From Candidatus Nanoarchaeia archaeon (GTDB lineage: Archaea; Nanobdellota; Nanobdellia; SCGC-AAA011-G17; JACPNG01): a stretch of 64,000 bases of DNA. The notes beneath the pieces were generated by a model that did not search any database, was not told the DNA's origin, and saw nothing but the letters and a program-made list of their open reading frames with translations. Below are positions 1-9,657 of this stretch, piece after piece. The position numbers and the translations under genes were made by a program. Where the stretch lies: positions 14,636-78,635 of the forward strand of contig JAQTMY010000002.1 of assembly GCA_028714095.1 (NCBI GenBank), in the 5' to 3' direction. How positions within the stretch are numbered: position 1 is the first letter of the stretch; each line of letters opens with the position of its first letter.

Positions 1-959
1 TCAATGGAAACAATTCTTGCAGCAGGAGGTATAAAAAATGCAAGCGCATTTAGGAATGAAGTTTTTCCTGAACCTGTCCCCCCTATAACCATAATATTTG
101 ATTCATATTCGATTGCAAGCCATAAATATGCAAGCATCTCTGGGCTTGCTGTTCTGAAATCTAAGAGTTTTACCGGGGTCCATGGTTCTTTTGTGAATTT
201 TCTTATTGTGAATGTTGGCCCTCTTGAAGATATATCTGTTGAGTATGTTGCGTTTACTCTTGATCCGTCTGGTAATCTCCCATCCAATAAAGGATTTGCA
301 TAAGAAACATATTTTCCAGCTTTTTGTGCTAATTTTTCAACAAAACCAGCAAGTTTTGGAATGTCCTCAAAAACAATATTTGTTTTTAAGTTTCTGTATT
401 TTCTGTGTACAATATATAATGGAGTTCCAATTCCATTGCATTCAATATCCTCTATGAAATAATCATGCATTAAAGCTTCTATTTCATTTAATCCGCTGAA
501 GTTACGGTAAATATAATACAAAACTTTGTACAAAGATTCATCAGAAATACTTTCTCCAAATTCCTTTAGCAGTACTCGTACATTCTTTTCAAGGTATTCT
601 ATTACTTTTTGTGATTCATTGACTTCTATAAAACTGATATTAATTATTTCCTTTAGGGAATCCTCTATTAGTTTTAGCATCCTTTTTTCATGGTCATCAA
701 GCGTAGGTTCTATAAGTTCATAAAGGACCTCTTTTGATTCTTCATCCCAGTGGATATGGATAGAAGCATAGGGTTTTATGAGGTCATATTTGACATCTAT
801 CTGCTGTTTTGCATCAAATTCTGGTAAATGTGCTAAATCACTTACTATCTCTATCTTGAACTCAGATTTAATATCTGGAGAAATAACTTGGTTGGTTGGA
901 TTTTCTTTTATTCCTTGTCTGTTTTCCTTTTCTTCTTTCTTAAAAACTGAAATCCCCAA
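1..959 (-). CDS. Type II/IV secretion system (pilus assembly) ATPase, N-terminal part; runs off the window edge
   Basis: Not in the ORF track because it is truncated. Manual translation gives Walker A GGTGSGKTSFLNALAFFIPPAARIVSIE and LPDGSRV. TTG start at 959 follows GAGGTG; an in-frame GTG lies at 968. Confidence 0.9.
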   Translation of the reverse strand, partial: MGISVFKKEEKENRQGIKENPTNQVISPDIKSEFKIEIVSDLAHLPEFDAKQQIDVKYDLIKPYASIHIHWDEESKEVLYELIEPTLDDHEKRMLKLIEDSLKEIINISFIEVNESQKVIEYLEKNVRVLLKEFGESISDESLYKVLYYIYRNFSGLNEIEALMHDYFIEDIECNGIGTPLYIVHRKYRNLKTNIVFEDIPKLAGFVEKLAQKAGKYVSYANPLLDGRLPDGSRVNATYSTDISSRGPTFTIRKFTKEPWTPVKLLDFRTASPEMLAYLWLAIEYESNIMVIGGTGSGKTSFLNALAFFIPPAARIVSI

Positions 960-1061
960 AACTTCCACCTCTTTTAATCTTAAAATACCCCTATAAACCT
1001 TAAATAGTTTTCGATTGACCAAACAATTAAATATATATAGAAATGATTATTCTAGAAACCT

Positions 1062-3020
1062 ATGCCTAAAAAAGAGAAACAATCCTTAAAACCAATAATT
1101 TTCTTATTAATACTTCTTGTATTATTGTTTATAATTATTATTGCTGCTGTTAGGATGAGCTTTCTTTTGGGTTATGATCTGTCTATAAGTTTATCTCCCG
1201 GGGATATATCCCTGCAGCTTACAAATAACCAACCAGTAGAACTAACATTTAATCTTGAAACAAGCAACAAGATTGAATGTACTGCACTTTGTGAGTATTC
1301 ATTCAAGGATTTAAGTAATAATGATGTTATTGAATCAGAAACAGTTATTCTTGAACCCAAACAAACATTATCTAGAAATTATTCTTTGGTTTCTCCTGAA
1401 CTTGGAACAGGCCAAAAAATATATAATTTTGAGGTTAAATGTAAGAACCAAAAATCTTTGTTTTGCCCTTCTGCAGAGAAAAACATAATTAAAAGTAGTT
1501 TAGTAACTTTAAATTATGATTTGACAACTGAAGAAAAAATTATAAAACCTGTTTCCAAGGAGAAACTTGAAAATTTGCTTGAGCTTCTTAGAGAAGCAGA
1601 TCTTGGGGTTAAAGAATCAAATCAAATCTCTGAGATAATATACTCAAATGAAATTGAACCTGAAAAAATCGCATTAACCACCCAATTTGATGAAACTTCC
1701 TTGATTATGGAAAACCTAAAATATCTTTGGGCTAAAGAATATTATACCCAGCTTTACCTAGAATTAAACCAGAGTTATGAAGATAATCTAACTAAATTAA
1801 ACAATGATATTTATTCTTTTAACCAGACTCTCGCTGGTTTTATCAAAATTAATGATTATTTCATTGATTTCTTCAATAAAGTAATGGAAGAAAATCAAAG
1901 CCTGGCCTATTACATAAACCAGACAGAAGACTATGGATTTATTAATAATTTTAATAATCTTTTAGATGAATTTAACACAAACAACTTTTCAGATTATTCA
2001 TCATTGTTTGAAGAAATTAAGGGATTGGAGAAAGATTATAATTCACTAAATCTAAGCCTCGTTGGAAATGAAACCTATGACATGGAATTAATGCCATTAT
2101 TAAAAGATAAAATATTATTAAATAACCTTACAATTGAGTCTAATATTGAAACAAGATTATCAGAAAATAAACCGGTTTGTTGTATATTTGGGGAATGCAA
2201 TCCCTGCTGTAATGATGAATCCTGCAGCAATGATCCAAAAACATTTCCAATAATCTTCATACATGGTCATGCAGTAAACAAAGATACTTCTCCAGAGCAG
2301 ATGCTTAATTCGTTTGATGAAATCCAGTCTAAGTTTGCAGAAAATGGTTATATAAATGCTGGAATAATAACCGCTTATTCCAAAGATACTGAATATAATC
2401 AGGGAGAGTGGGGGTTGTCAGGAAAACCAATTACTGTAAGAGCAACATACTATTATGAGCTTGTTGAAGAGGATGGAAAATTAGTTTTAACACCTAGAAA
2501 AAGCGATGACATCGATGTTTATGCAGAAAGACTAAAGTATATTATTGATTTAGTCAAATACAGAACCGGAAAATCAAAAGTTAATATCGTTGCTCATTCT
2601 ATGGGTGGATTAGTTTCCAGAGAATATCTCAAGAAATATGGAGAAGATTCTGTTAATAAACTAATTCTTATTGGAACACCAAATAATGGAATAACAACAA
2701 AAATATATTCTTTATGTAGAATATTAGGTGAGAAAAAAGAATGTGATCAGATGAAACAAGGAAGTTCCTTCCTTTATAACCTAAATAATTTCAAACTAAT
2801 TTCTGTTGCCGTATACACAATTTCTGGCAGAGGCTGTGATATGGATGGTCTGGATGGGGATGGTATTGTTTTATTTGAGAGTTCTAAGATGGATAATGTT
2901 AAAGATTTTGAAATTAATGGAATATGCCCAGAATTATTATCTTATCTTCATTCAGATATGCTGGATCCTGAAAAATATCCAGAGACATATAAATACCTAG
3001 AAAAAATATTGAATGATTAA
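1062..3020 (+). CDS. Membrane-anchored protein with C-terminal alpha/beta hydrolase (lipase/esterase) domain
   Basis: N-terminal TM helix, IIFIHG, nucleophile elbow AHSMGG, IGTPNNG, DGIV and a late His. Confidence 0.8.
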   Translation: MPKKEKQSLKPIIFLLILLVLLFIIIIAAVRMSFLLGYDLSISLSPGDISLQLTNNQPVELTFNLETSNKIECTALCEYSFKDLSNNDVIESETVILEPKQTLSRNYSLVSPELGTGQKIYNFEVKCKNQKSLFCPSAEKNIIKSSLVTLNYDLTTEEKIIKPVSKEKLENLLELLREADLGVKESNQISEIIYSNEIEPEKIALTTQFDETSLIMENLKYLWAKEYYTQLYLELNQSYEDNLTKLNNDIYSFNQTLAGFIKINDYFIDFFNKVMEENQSLAYYINQTEDYGFINNFNNLLDEFNTNNFSDYSSLFEEIKGLEKDYNSLNLSLVGNETYDMELMPLLKDKILLNNLTIESNIETRLSENKPVCCIFGECNPCCNDESCSNDPKTFPIIFIHGHAVNKDTSPEQMLNSFDEIQSKFAENGYINAGIITAYSKDTEYNQGEWGLSGKPITVRATYYYELVEEDGKLVLTPRKSDDIDVYAERLKYIIDLVKYRTGKSKVNIVAHSMGGLVSREYLKKYGEDSVNKLILIGTPNNGITTKIYSLCRILGEKKECDQMKQGSSFLYNLNNFKLISVAVYTISGRGCDMDGLDGDGIVLFESSKMDNVKDFEINGICPELLSYLHSDMLDPEKYPETYKYLEKILND

Positions 3021-3550
3021 ACCATGTTTATTTTTACAACAGGAATATCATTGCTAAATCCGCCGTGTTCTATTGTCATTGTATAAGTTCCAATAAATGG
3101 ATTTCCATACTGTAGGTTTTCATGTTTCTTTAAGTCTATAAATCCAGTATAATTTAATTCAAGATTTACTACATATTCATCTTCAATAATAGAATTATCT
3201 AACTTCATTATAATAGGACCCTCTCTGAATTCAATACCAGGTTCCATCATCTTGTTTTTTGTTACCAAACTCCACAAAACTTGGTCATCTTCCCATGAAA
3301 GTGTTAAGTTTCCTTTTCCAACTTCAATAGGACTTAAAACTCTTCTTGATCCAGGTCCTTCAGATGCAACTTTCTTGATATTGTCATCTATCTGAAAGAA
3401 CAAGTTTTTGGTTTGTATTAAGGTATTTTTATCTCTTATCTTATTTATCAGAGGAACAGCAGCAGATAAAATAAGGGTAATTGCTACTAATCCAAGTGCC
3501 ATATATAATATGGCAGATACCCAGACAGCAGCACCCTTTTTATTTTTCAT
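3017..3550 (-). CDS. Pilin-like protein with class III signal peptide
   Basis: MKNKKG|AAVWVSAILY followed by a hydrophobic helix; last gene of the pilin array. Confidence 0.7.
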   Translation of the reverse strand: MKNKKGAAVWVSAILYMALGLVAITLILSAAVPLINKIRDKNTLIQTKNLFFQIDDNIKKVASEGPGSRRVLSPIEVGKGNLTLSWEDDQVLWSLVTKNKMMEPGIEFREGPIIMKLDNSIIEDEYVVNLELNYTGFIDLKKHENLQYGNPFIGTYTMTIEHGGFSNDIPVVKINMV

Positions 3551-3554
3551 TTTT

Positions 3555-4046
3555 TTATGCACAGGTACTAAAGGTACTTGCCTCTAAGTCACCAAAGCTT
3601 GCAGTATTTGCACTGCAGGTTATTTCCTTGCCATCTATTTTAATTACACCAACTGCTTCTACCTGTTTTACATCACTTAATGTTGAATCAATGTCTTTGC
3701 TTTCAATTCCAAAAGATTCTATCCCTGTTAGGAATTGGTCTTTTATCTGTTTTACTTCATCAGCGCTTTTATAGAATCTTAGATGTACTTTTTCAAGTTT
3801 TTTTGTTCCATCATTCTTTATTCTTACCCTATAGGTAGTTCCGCTGACAAGGCAGACGTTATCAACATCAAACATAACTTCTTGAGCACAAGTTATCTGT
3901 GATCCTGATGTTTCTTCTGTCTGTTCCTGTATGTTTTTTGTAAAGCTTTGCCCCCAAGTCATTATTATTGCTGCCAAGGCTACAGTAAAACCAATAATAA
4001 GGACAGTAGCGATTAAAGGAGAAATTCCTTTTCTGTTTATGAACAC
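3555..4046 (-). CDS. Archaeal type IV pilin
   Basis: NRKG|ISPLIATVLIIGF. Probable GTG start at 4046 after GAGGTG (ORF track starts at 4055). Confidence 0.9.
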   Translation of the reverse strand: MFINRKGISPLIATVLIIGFTVALAAIIMTWGQSFTKNIQEQTEETSGSQITCAQEVMFDVDNVCLVSGTTYRVRIKNDGTKKLEKVHLRFYKSADEVKQIKDQFLTGIESFGIESKDIDSTLSDVKQVEAVGVIKIDGKEITCSANTASFGDLEASTFSTCA

Positions 4047-4077
4047 ATATATCACCTCTCTTTTTTATTGAATGAAT

Positions 4078-4539
4078 TTAAACCCTTGCAACAATGTTTT
4101 TTCCAGAGCAAGGTACATAGTATCCTGGAACAACTTTTAACCATGGGATAATAGCTACTTTTTCAGCATCCCCTGTCTTTGATGAGTCATATTCAATTTC
4201 ATATGGTTTTATCTCCAGTCCTTCAAGCATCTCATAATTTTGTTTTATTTCAGCTTTGTTCCCTTCAATCCTGAAGCTCCATTTTTCTATATTATCATCT
4301 TTCAGGTTTTTTAATACAATCCTTATGTTTGATCCTGATTTCTGGGCACTGGTTACACTAAAGTCAAGATTTTCACATTCTAGTTTTTTTTCTGCCAGTT
4401 TTCCTTCTTTAGCAGCCCTCTCCTGTACATAATTCTTGGCCCAAACTAATGCTATAAGTAATATAACAATAATAAATCCTACTAATAATACTGTGGCAAT
4501 TAAAGGAGAAATTCCTTTTTTGCTTAACTTATTGTACAT
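4078..4539 (-). CDS. Archaeal type IV pilin
   Basis: KKG|ISPLIATVLLVGF. Confidence 0.9.
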   Translation of the reverse strand: MYNKLSKKGISPLIATVLLVGFIIVILLIALVWAKNYVQERAAKEGKLAEKKLECENLDFSVTSAQKSGSNIRIVLKNLKDDNIEKWSFRIEGNKAEIKQNYEMLEGLEIKPYEIEYDSSKTGDAEKVAIIPWLKVVPGYYVPCSGKNIVARV

Positions 4540-4970
4540 GAAATCACCTCTTTTTTATCTGAACAACCCGTTGTTTTTTCATTAACCGTTATTATTGGGA
4601 TTACTTCAAATTTAATGCTTTGTGGCAATATAAATTCAACTATTTCTCCTTGTATTGGTTTTAATGGAGTTGCTAAAGACTTAACCTCTGATATTGGCTC
4701 ACCCGATGCAGGATATGATACTATATTTAATGATTCAATGCTAAACTTGCCTTTATTAGCTATTGTTAGTATATTACATAACTCATTTGCTCTTACATTT
4801 ATTGCAATGTCCTGACATACCATCTCTCCTTCAACATAGTTGACAGTAGACTTTGTAATGTCTTCAGTCTGGCCTCTCATCCATATAAAAACAGAAGTTG
4901 CCAGCGCAATACTAAAACCAATAAGCAAAACCCATGCAATAATATCTCCAGCCCCTTTTTTTCCTATCAT
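4524..4970 (-). CDS. Archaeal type IV pilin-like protein
   Basis: MIGKKG|AGDIIAWVLLIGF; Cys pattern resembles the neighbouring pilins. Confidence 0.8.
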   Translation of the reverse strand: MIGKKGAGDIIAWVLLIGFSIALATSVFIWMRGQTEDITKSTVNYVEGEMVCQDIAINVRANELCNILTIANKGKFSIESLNIVSYPASGEPISEVKSLATPLKPIQGEIVEFILPQSIKFEVIPIITVNEKTTGCSDKKEVISCTIS

Positions 4971-4971
4971 C

Positions 4972-5640
4972 TTATTTGCAAAGTGCATCATTAGGGAATT
5001 TCAAGCAAAAATCATCTTTCCCTTCTGTTTTAAAACCACTTCCACCTATAAAAACTTTTCTTTGTTCATTCTTCTCAAATCTTGAAACAACAACAAGTTG
5101 AGGTTGTCCGGGAATTATTTCAAAGGAATAAACATCTTCTCCTATCTGTATCCATATTTCAGGTTGGTAATTGATTATCTTGTTGCATGTTTCAATTTCC
5201 TCTCTATTGGCTTCAGACAGAAAACTTATTCCATCAAAGTCAATAGTAGCAGAAATCTTATCATAACATCCAGAGAGTTCTCCTATGTCAGGATCCTTTA
5301 TGTAGATAGACTGGTCAAGGAAATTTCCTATGTTGACTTTATTTCCCTCTGCACTTTTATAGCTAAAAGCATAAATCAATCCAAAACCAGGATTTTGCGA
5401 TTTTGCATATGAACTATAGAATGAGGTAAAACCCCTGAACTTATTAACCATATCTATATCTTCAGAAAAAACCAATGAATTAACAAATCTCGCACTTTCC
5501 TCATCATAGTTTTCAGACAGTCTTTCAAAATCCCCTTCAATTTTTTCCTGGCTTGCCTTGTTTACGATTGATGCAATTCCAACAAGAACCAAAGCTAGGA
5601 TAATAACAGCTAAAATATATATCTGCCCTCTTTTATTCAT
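4972..5640 (-). CDS. Pilin-like protein with class III signal peptide
   Basis: MNKRG|QIYILAVIILAL. Confidence 0.7.
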   Translation of the reverse strand: MNKRGQIYILAVIILALVLVGIASIVNKASQEKIEGDFERLSENYDEESARFVNSLVFSEDIDMVNKFRGFTSFYSSYAKSQNPGFGLIYAFSYKSAEGNKVNIGNFLDQSIYIKDPDIGELSGCYDKISATIDFDGISFLSEANREEIETCNKIINYQPEIWIQIGEDVYSFEIIPGQPQLVVVSRFEKNEQRKVFIGGSGFKTEGKDDFCLKFPNDALCK

Positions 5641-5663
5641 AATAATTAATTCTTCTTCTTTCT

Positions 5664-6290
5664 TTATAATCTTTTCTCATTGATAACCTTAAGAATTCTT
5701 TTGCTGATTTCTTCTATCGTCCCTTCTGCGTCTATTTTTTTAATTTTTCCATTCTTTTCATAAAACCTGACAACAGGTATTGATTCTTTTTTATACATTT
5801 CAAGCCTGTATTTTATTATTTCTGGTTTGTCATCCGCTCTTATAGAAAGTTTATTTCCGCATTTATCGCAGATGTTTTCTTTTTTTGGTTTTTTAGTTGC
5901 TAAATGATATAACTCCCCGCAGTTAATACATACTCTTCTTTTGGAAAGTCTTTCCATGATTGTTTCCTCATCTATCTCAAGATGGATAAAAATATCTAAA
6001 GGATGGAGTTCTTCTACCCATTCGGCTTCCTTTATTCTTCTTGGGCTTCCATCCAGAATAAAATTATCTTTCGGTATTTTGTCTTTAATTAAATCAATAA
6101 CGATTTCACTTGGCATATAATTTCCCTTGTCAATTATAGACTGAATTAATTTTCCTAATTTGGTTCCTCTCCTTTTCTCTTCTCTTAATAAATCTCCAGT
6201 ATAGATGTGTTTAAGATTGTATTTTTTAGAAAGAATTTCTGCCTGTGTTCCCTTCCCAGATCCAGGTGGACCCATTATAGCCAGTTTCAT
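5664..6290 (-). CDS. adk: Adenylate kinase (bacterial type, Zn lid), paralog 2
   Basis: GPPGSGKGTQ, TGDLLR, ILDGSPR, CxxC...CxxC lid, RADD. Confidence 0.9.
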   Translation of the reverse strand: MKLAIMGPPGSGKGTQAEILSKKYNLKHIYTGDLLREEKRRGTKLGKLIQSIIDKGNYMPSEIVIDLIKDKIPKDNFILDGSPRRIKEAEWVEELHPLDIFIHLEIDEETIMERLSKRRVCINCGELYHLATKKPKKENICDKCGNKLSIRADDKPEIIKYRLEMYKKESIPVVRFYEKNGKIKKIDAEGTIEEISKRILKVINEKRL

Positions 6291-6320
6291 GATATAATTA
6301 AAAAATTGTTCTATATAAAT

Positions 6321-6950
6321 TTATTCCAAAGAATTCCGGACATCATCAAATACCTCTTCAGGAAGCTGGTCTCCGTCAATGTTGATTAATATCTTTTCTT
6401 GGGCATAGAATTCTTCAATAGGATTTGTGTTTTCCCTGTAAACCTTTAGTCTATGCCTTATTGTTTCCTCGTTGTCATCAACTCTCTGCATCAGTTTTCC
6501 ACCACATATATCACATATGTCCTTTTTCTTGGGTTGGATATTTAATCCATAGATTTTCTTGCAGTTGCTGCATGTTTTTCTTAGAATAGTTCTTTTTATT
6601 ATAGATTCATCTGTGCTTACTATATTTATTACGTGGTTTATCTTTGCAATTTTCTTTAGTTCTTTAGCTTGGTTTAATGTTCTTGGGAAACCATCCAGAA
6701 CAAAACCGTTTTTGTATTTGTCTTTTTTTAACTCTTTTTTGAAAAGTTCTATTGTAAGTTCATCAGGAACTAGATTTCCTTTGCTCCAGTATTCTTTAGC
6801 CTTTAATCCTAAACTATCTTGTTCATTAGCTAAATCTCTGAACATGTCTCCTGTTGATAAATGGACTAATTTAAAATGTTTTGAAATAAACTCTGCTTGA
6901 GTCCCCTTTCCAGTCATTGGCGGCCCCAATAAAACAATGTTCATAGGCAT
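6321..6950 (-). CDS. adk: Adenylate kinase (bacterial type, Zn lid), paralog 1
   Basis: GPPMTGKGTQ, STGDMFR, GNLVPD, VLDGFPRT, CxxC...CxxC lid, RVDD. Start moved to MPMNIV. Confidence 0.92.
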   Translation of the reverse strand: MPMNIVLLGPPMTGKGTQAEFISKHFKLVHLSTGDMFRDLANEQDSLGLKAKEYWSKGNLVPDELTIELFKKELKKDKYKNGFVLDGFPRTLNQAKELKKIAKINHVINIVSTDESIIKRTILRKTCSNCKKIYGLNIQPKKKDICDICGGKLMQRVDDNEETIRHRLKVYRENTNPIEEFYAQEKILINIDGDQLPEEVFDDVRNSLE

Positions 6951-7045
6951 GAAAAAGATAATCTCTTTAAAAAAATTTCTATTCTTCACTATGGACCAAA
7001 AATCCATATAATATAAATACTGGTGATTATTGCTAAAATTATAGT

Positions 7046-7930
7046 ATGGATCCTAAAAAAGAAAAAATAATACTTGGAGCAGTAATCTTTGTAGTCATTA
7101 CTCAATTGGTTTTGTTTACCTATTCTTTTATTGAATTTAGTAATTTAAAAAATATTATCTCTGAGAATCAAAAAACAACAGAATTAAAATTGCAAAATGT
7201 TAATTCAGAAGTTGAAGTCCTTAAGGAAGAAAATACAAACCAAAAAGAACAAATCTCAGATTTAACAAGTTCATTGTCCTCTACTCAGAAAACTCTTTCA
7301 GAAACTCAGTCAAGTTTGGAAAAGCAGATAAGTTCGTTAAAGGCAGGAGCATCTGCAGATTTCTCAGGCATAATTGAGAAATCTGTCAAGTCAATAGTTT
7401 CAATAAAAACAAACGTAGCCCAGGGAACAGGATTTATTATTACAGATGATGGTTATGTAGTAACTAACGCCCATGTATTAAATGGGGCAAGTTATGCCAC
7501 TGCAATAACAGCAGACCAGGAAAAACTTGCAATGTCTCTGATAGGCTATAATAATAAATATGATATAGCTTTGTTAAAAATCTCTGGCTCATATGATGCA
7601 TTAAGCTTTGACAATTCAGATGATGTAAAAGTTGGAGAGAAAGTAATTGCTATCGGCAATCCCCAGGGATTGTCTTTTTCAGTTACCGAAGGAATTATTT
7701 CTGCAGTTCATAGACAGGTTAGTAATTATGATGGAAGATATATCCAGACAGACGCAGCTTTAAATCCTGGAAATTCTGGCGGTCCTTTGATTAATACAGA
7801 TGGAAATGTGATTGGAATTAATAATTTCAAGGTTGAAGGGGATAATATTGGTTTAGCCTTGGAAAGTAATCTGGTTGTTGATAAGGTAAATGAGATTTCT
7901 ATGAAAGCTTTGAATATTACTTTGATTTAA
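7046..7930 (+). CDS. HtrA/DegP-like trypsin serine protease with TM anchor and coiled-coil stalk, no PDZ domain
   Basis: TNAHV, DIALLK, QTDAALNPGNSGGPL. Confidence 0.92.
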   Translation: MDPKKEKIILGAVIFVVITQLVLFTYSFIEFSNLKNIISENQKTTELKLQNVNSEVEVLKEENTNQKEQISDLTSSLSSTQKTLSETQSSLEKQISSLKAGASADFSGIIEKSVKSIVSIKTNVAQGTGFIITDDGYVVTNAHVLNGASYATAITADQEKLAMSLIGYNNKYDIALLKISGSYDALSFDNSDDVKVGEKVIAIGNPQGLSFSVTEGIISAVHRQVSNYDGRYIQTDAALNPGNSGGPLINTDGNVIGINNFKVEGDNIGLALESNLVVDKVNEISMKALNITLI

Positions 7931-7936
7931 ATACCC

Positions 7937-8797
7937 TCACCTTAATAATCTTTTATATTTTTCTCTAAGGTTTTTGGCTATTGCAGGATTCTTAAATATC
8001 ATGAATTTTATCTCACAAGGTTCATGAACTATTTCAGCAATCTCTTTTAGATTCATTTCTTGAGGATTTTTATATTTTTTATAAAAGTTTCTCAATTTAG
8101 AAATTATCTCTGAAGGATAATTTACCTGAATGATCGTATCCCCCATAATGGTAATATCCATCCCTTCTTTTGATTCATCATCTCTTTTAACTCTAGATTT
8201 AATCCCCAATTCATTATAGGTTTTAACCCCCCACCTATTTAATGGAAAATCATTAAACGAAATCATATACATTTTTATCCCTTTTTTAGTAAACTGATGA
8301 AACATTTCAGTTTCTCTTCCCAAATTTATGAGAAACCAAAAACTATAATGAAAAACCCCAACAGTTTCTTTCGGCTCATTAAATTTTGTGTTATTTGCCC
8401 ATTGTCTCATAACATCTCCCCAAAAATTGTCTAGGTCAAATAAATTATTGAAGGTATAAATTGCATAATCTTCATTTGCTTGGTTTTGAGTAAAGATATA
8501 CGCTTTTTTCCCACCTTCATACTCTAAGAGAAACTTATCAAATAAATTCTTAAGTTTTAGAATCCACTCTTTATTTAGTTCGTATTTTTTATTCTTTTTA
8601 GACAAGATTTTGTGAAATGTTAGAGAATTAACTGCTTTTCTTACTGCTTGATAGGTTATACTTAAATTATAACTTTTTCGAATCTTTTTTGTTAGTTCTA
8701 TCATAGAAAGAGGATGTTCTAGTATGAGAATATTGAATATCAGATCTTTAGTATTCTTGGTTTTTTCTTCAACTCCCGGGATACTTATCTCTATCAT
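7937..8797 (-). CDS. Winged-helix transcriptional regulator with C-terminal effector-like domain
   Basis: N-terminal wHTH pattern (PLSMIELTKKI...ITYQAVRKAVNSL...YELN); divergent from 8902. Confidence 0.65.
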   Translation of the reverse strand: MIEISIPGVEEKTKNTKDLIFNILILEHPLSMIELTKKIRKSYNLSITYQAVRKAVNSLTFHKILSKKNKKYELNKEWILKLKNLFDKFLLEYEGGKKAYIFTQNQANEDYAIYTFNNLFDLDNFWGDVMRQWANNTKFNEPKETVGVFHYSFWFLINLGRETEMFHQFTKKGIKMYMISFNDFPLNRWGVKTYNELGIKSRVKRDDESKEGMDITIMGDTIIQVNYPSEIISKLRNFYKKYKNPQEMNLKEIAEIVHEPCEIKFMIFKNPAIAKNLREKYKRLLR

Positions 8798-8829
8798 AAC
8801 ATTTGGATGTCCCTTTCATTTTTAAACCT

Positions 8830-8855
8830 TTTGGTACAAAAATAAATGTACTAAA
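8830..8855. promoter_or_regulatory. Palindromic candidate operator between divergent TATA boxes
   Basis: TTTGGTACA-AAAATAAA-TGTACTAAA flanked by TATA-like elements on each strand. Confidence 0.5.
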
Positions 8856-8901
8856 TACTTAAATATTGAACTAATTGGTCAGAGACAACATCGGAACTAA
8901 A

Positions 8902-9657
8902 ATGAAACTGAAAAAACCCATTACTTTTGTTGGTATTGGGGTTTCCTTTATTAAACCCCCTCTCCTAGCAGAAGATATAATAAAAAAAGCAGATGAAATC
9001 TTTTTAGAGAATCTTACTCCAAAAATTGAGCAACCAATTGAACAAGAAGAGTCTAAATTAGAGATTTCGTTAAAAACAGATATCCTGACCAAGTATGTAG
9101 GAAGGGGGATAATATTTGCAGATAATCCAGTAATACAACAAACAGCAGGGTTAAGCTATGATAATCTAAGTGTTATTTTATTCGGAAGTTTAGGTAAGGA
9201 AAGGGGATCAACTGAATTGGATGGTACAATAGAATATTCTTTGTCCAAAAGCCCTAACCTTTTTGCTGGTTATACTTTCTATAAACTCATAAATCAAAAT
9301 CTAGAAAAAACCCAAGAAGTTTATGTAGGAATTGGAATTGATACATCTCTTAACCCAAATTTAGTATTAATACATGATTTTGATGGAGGAAAAGGAGATT
9401 ATATTAAACTTTCATTGAATGAAGCTTTTAAGGTTAAGGATATAAATTTGTCAGCAGGTTTGGCGGTAGGATATAATAATCATTATTTTAGAAAGGATTC
9501 TGGACTAGGCAATATAGATTTTAATATAAGTGCTTCAGTTCCCATAAGTAAGGCTATAACCCTTACTCCAACACTTAATTATTCTCATTCTTTCACAGAT
9601 GATTTTAAGAGCGGAGGTTTTTATGGAGGAATGAGTTTAGCATATGAATCAGAATAA
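8902..9657 (+). CDS. Beta-barrel protein resembling bacterial TorF/TIGR02001-type outer-membrane proteins
   Basis: DILTKYVGRG, PVIQ, ELD, GYTFY, EVYVG and an alternating beta-strand pattern ending FYGGMSLAY. Confidence 0.6.
   Translation: MKLKKPITFVGIGVSFIKPPLLAEDIIKKADEIFLENLTPKIEQPIEQEESKLEISLKTDILTKYVGRGIIFADNPVIQQTAGLSYDNLSVILFGSLGKERGSTELDGTIEYSLSKSPNLFAGYTFYKLINQNLEKTQEVYVGIGIDTSLNPNLVLIHDFDGGKGDYIKLSLNEAFKVKDINLSAGLAVGYNNHYFRKDSGLGNIDFNISASVPISKAITLTPTLNYSHSFTDDFKSGGFYGGMSLAYESE

Noticed and set aside
4-996. Plus-strand ORFs 4-303, 212-457, 526-723, 778-996
   Set aside because: Antisense shadows of the minus-strand pilus ATPase.
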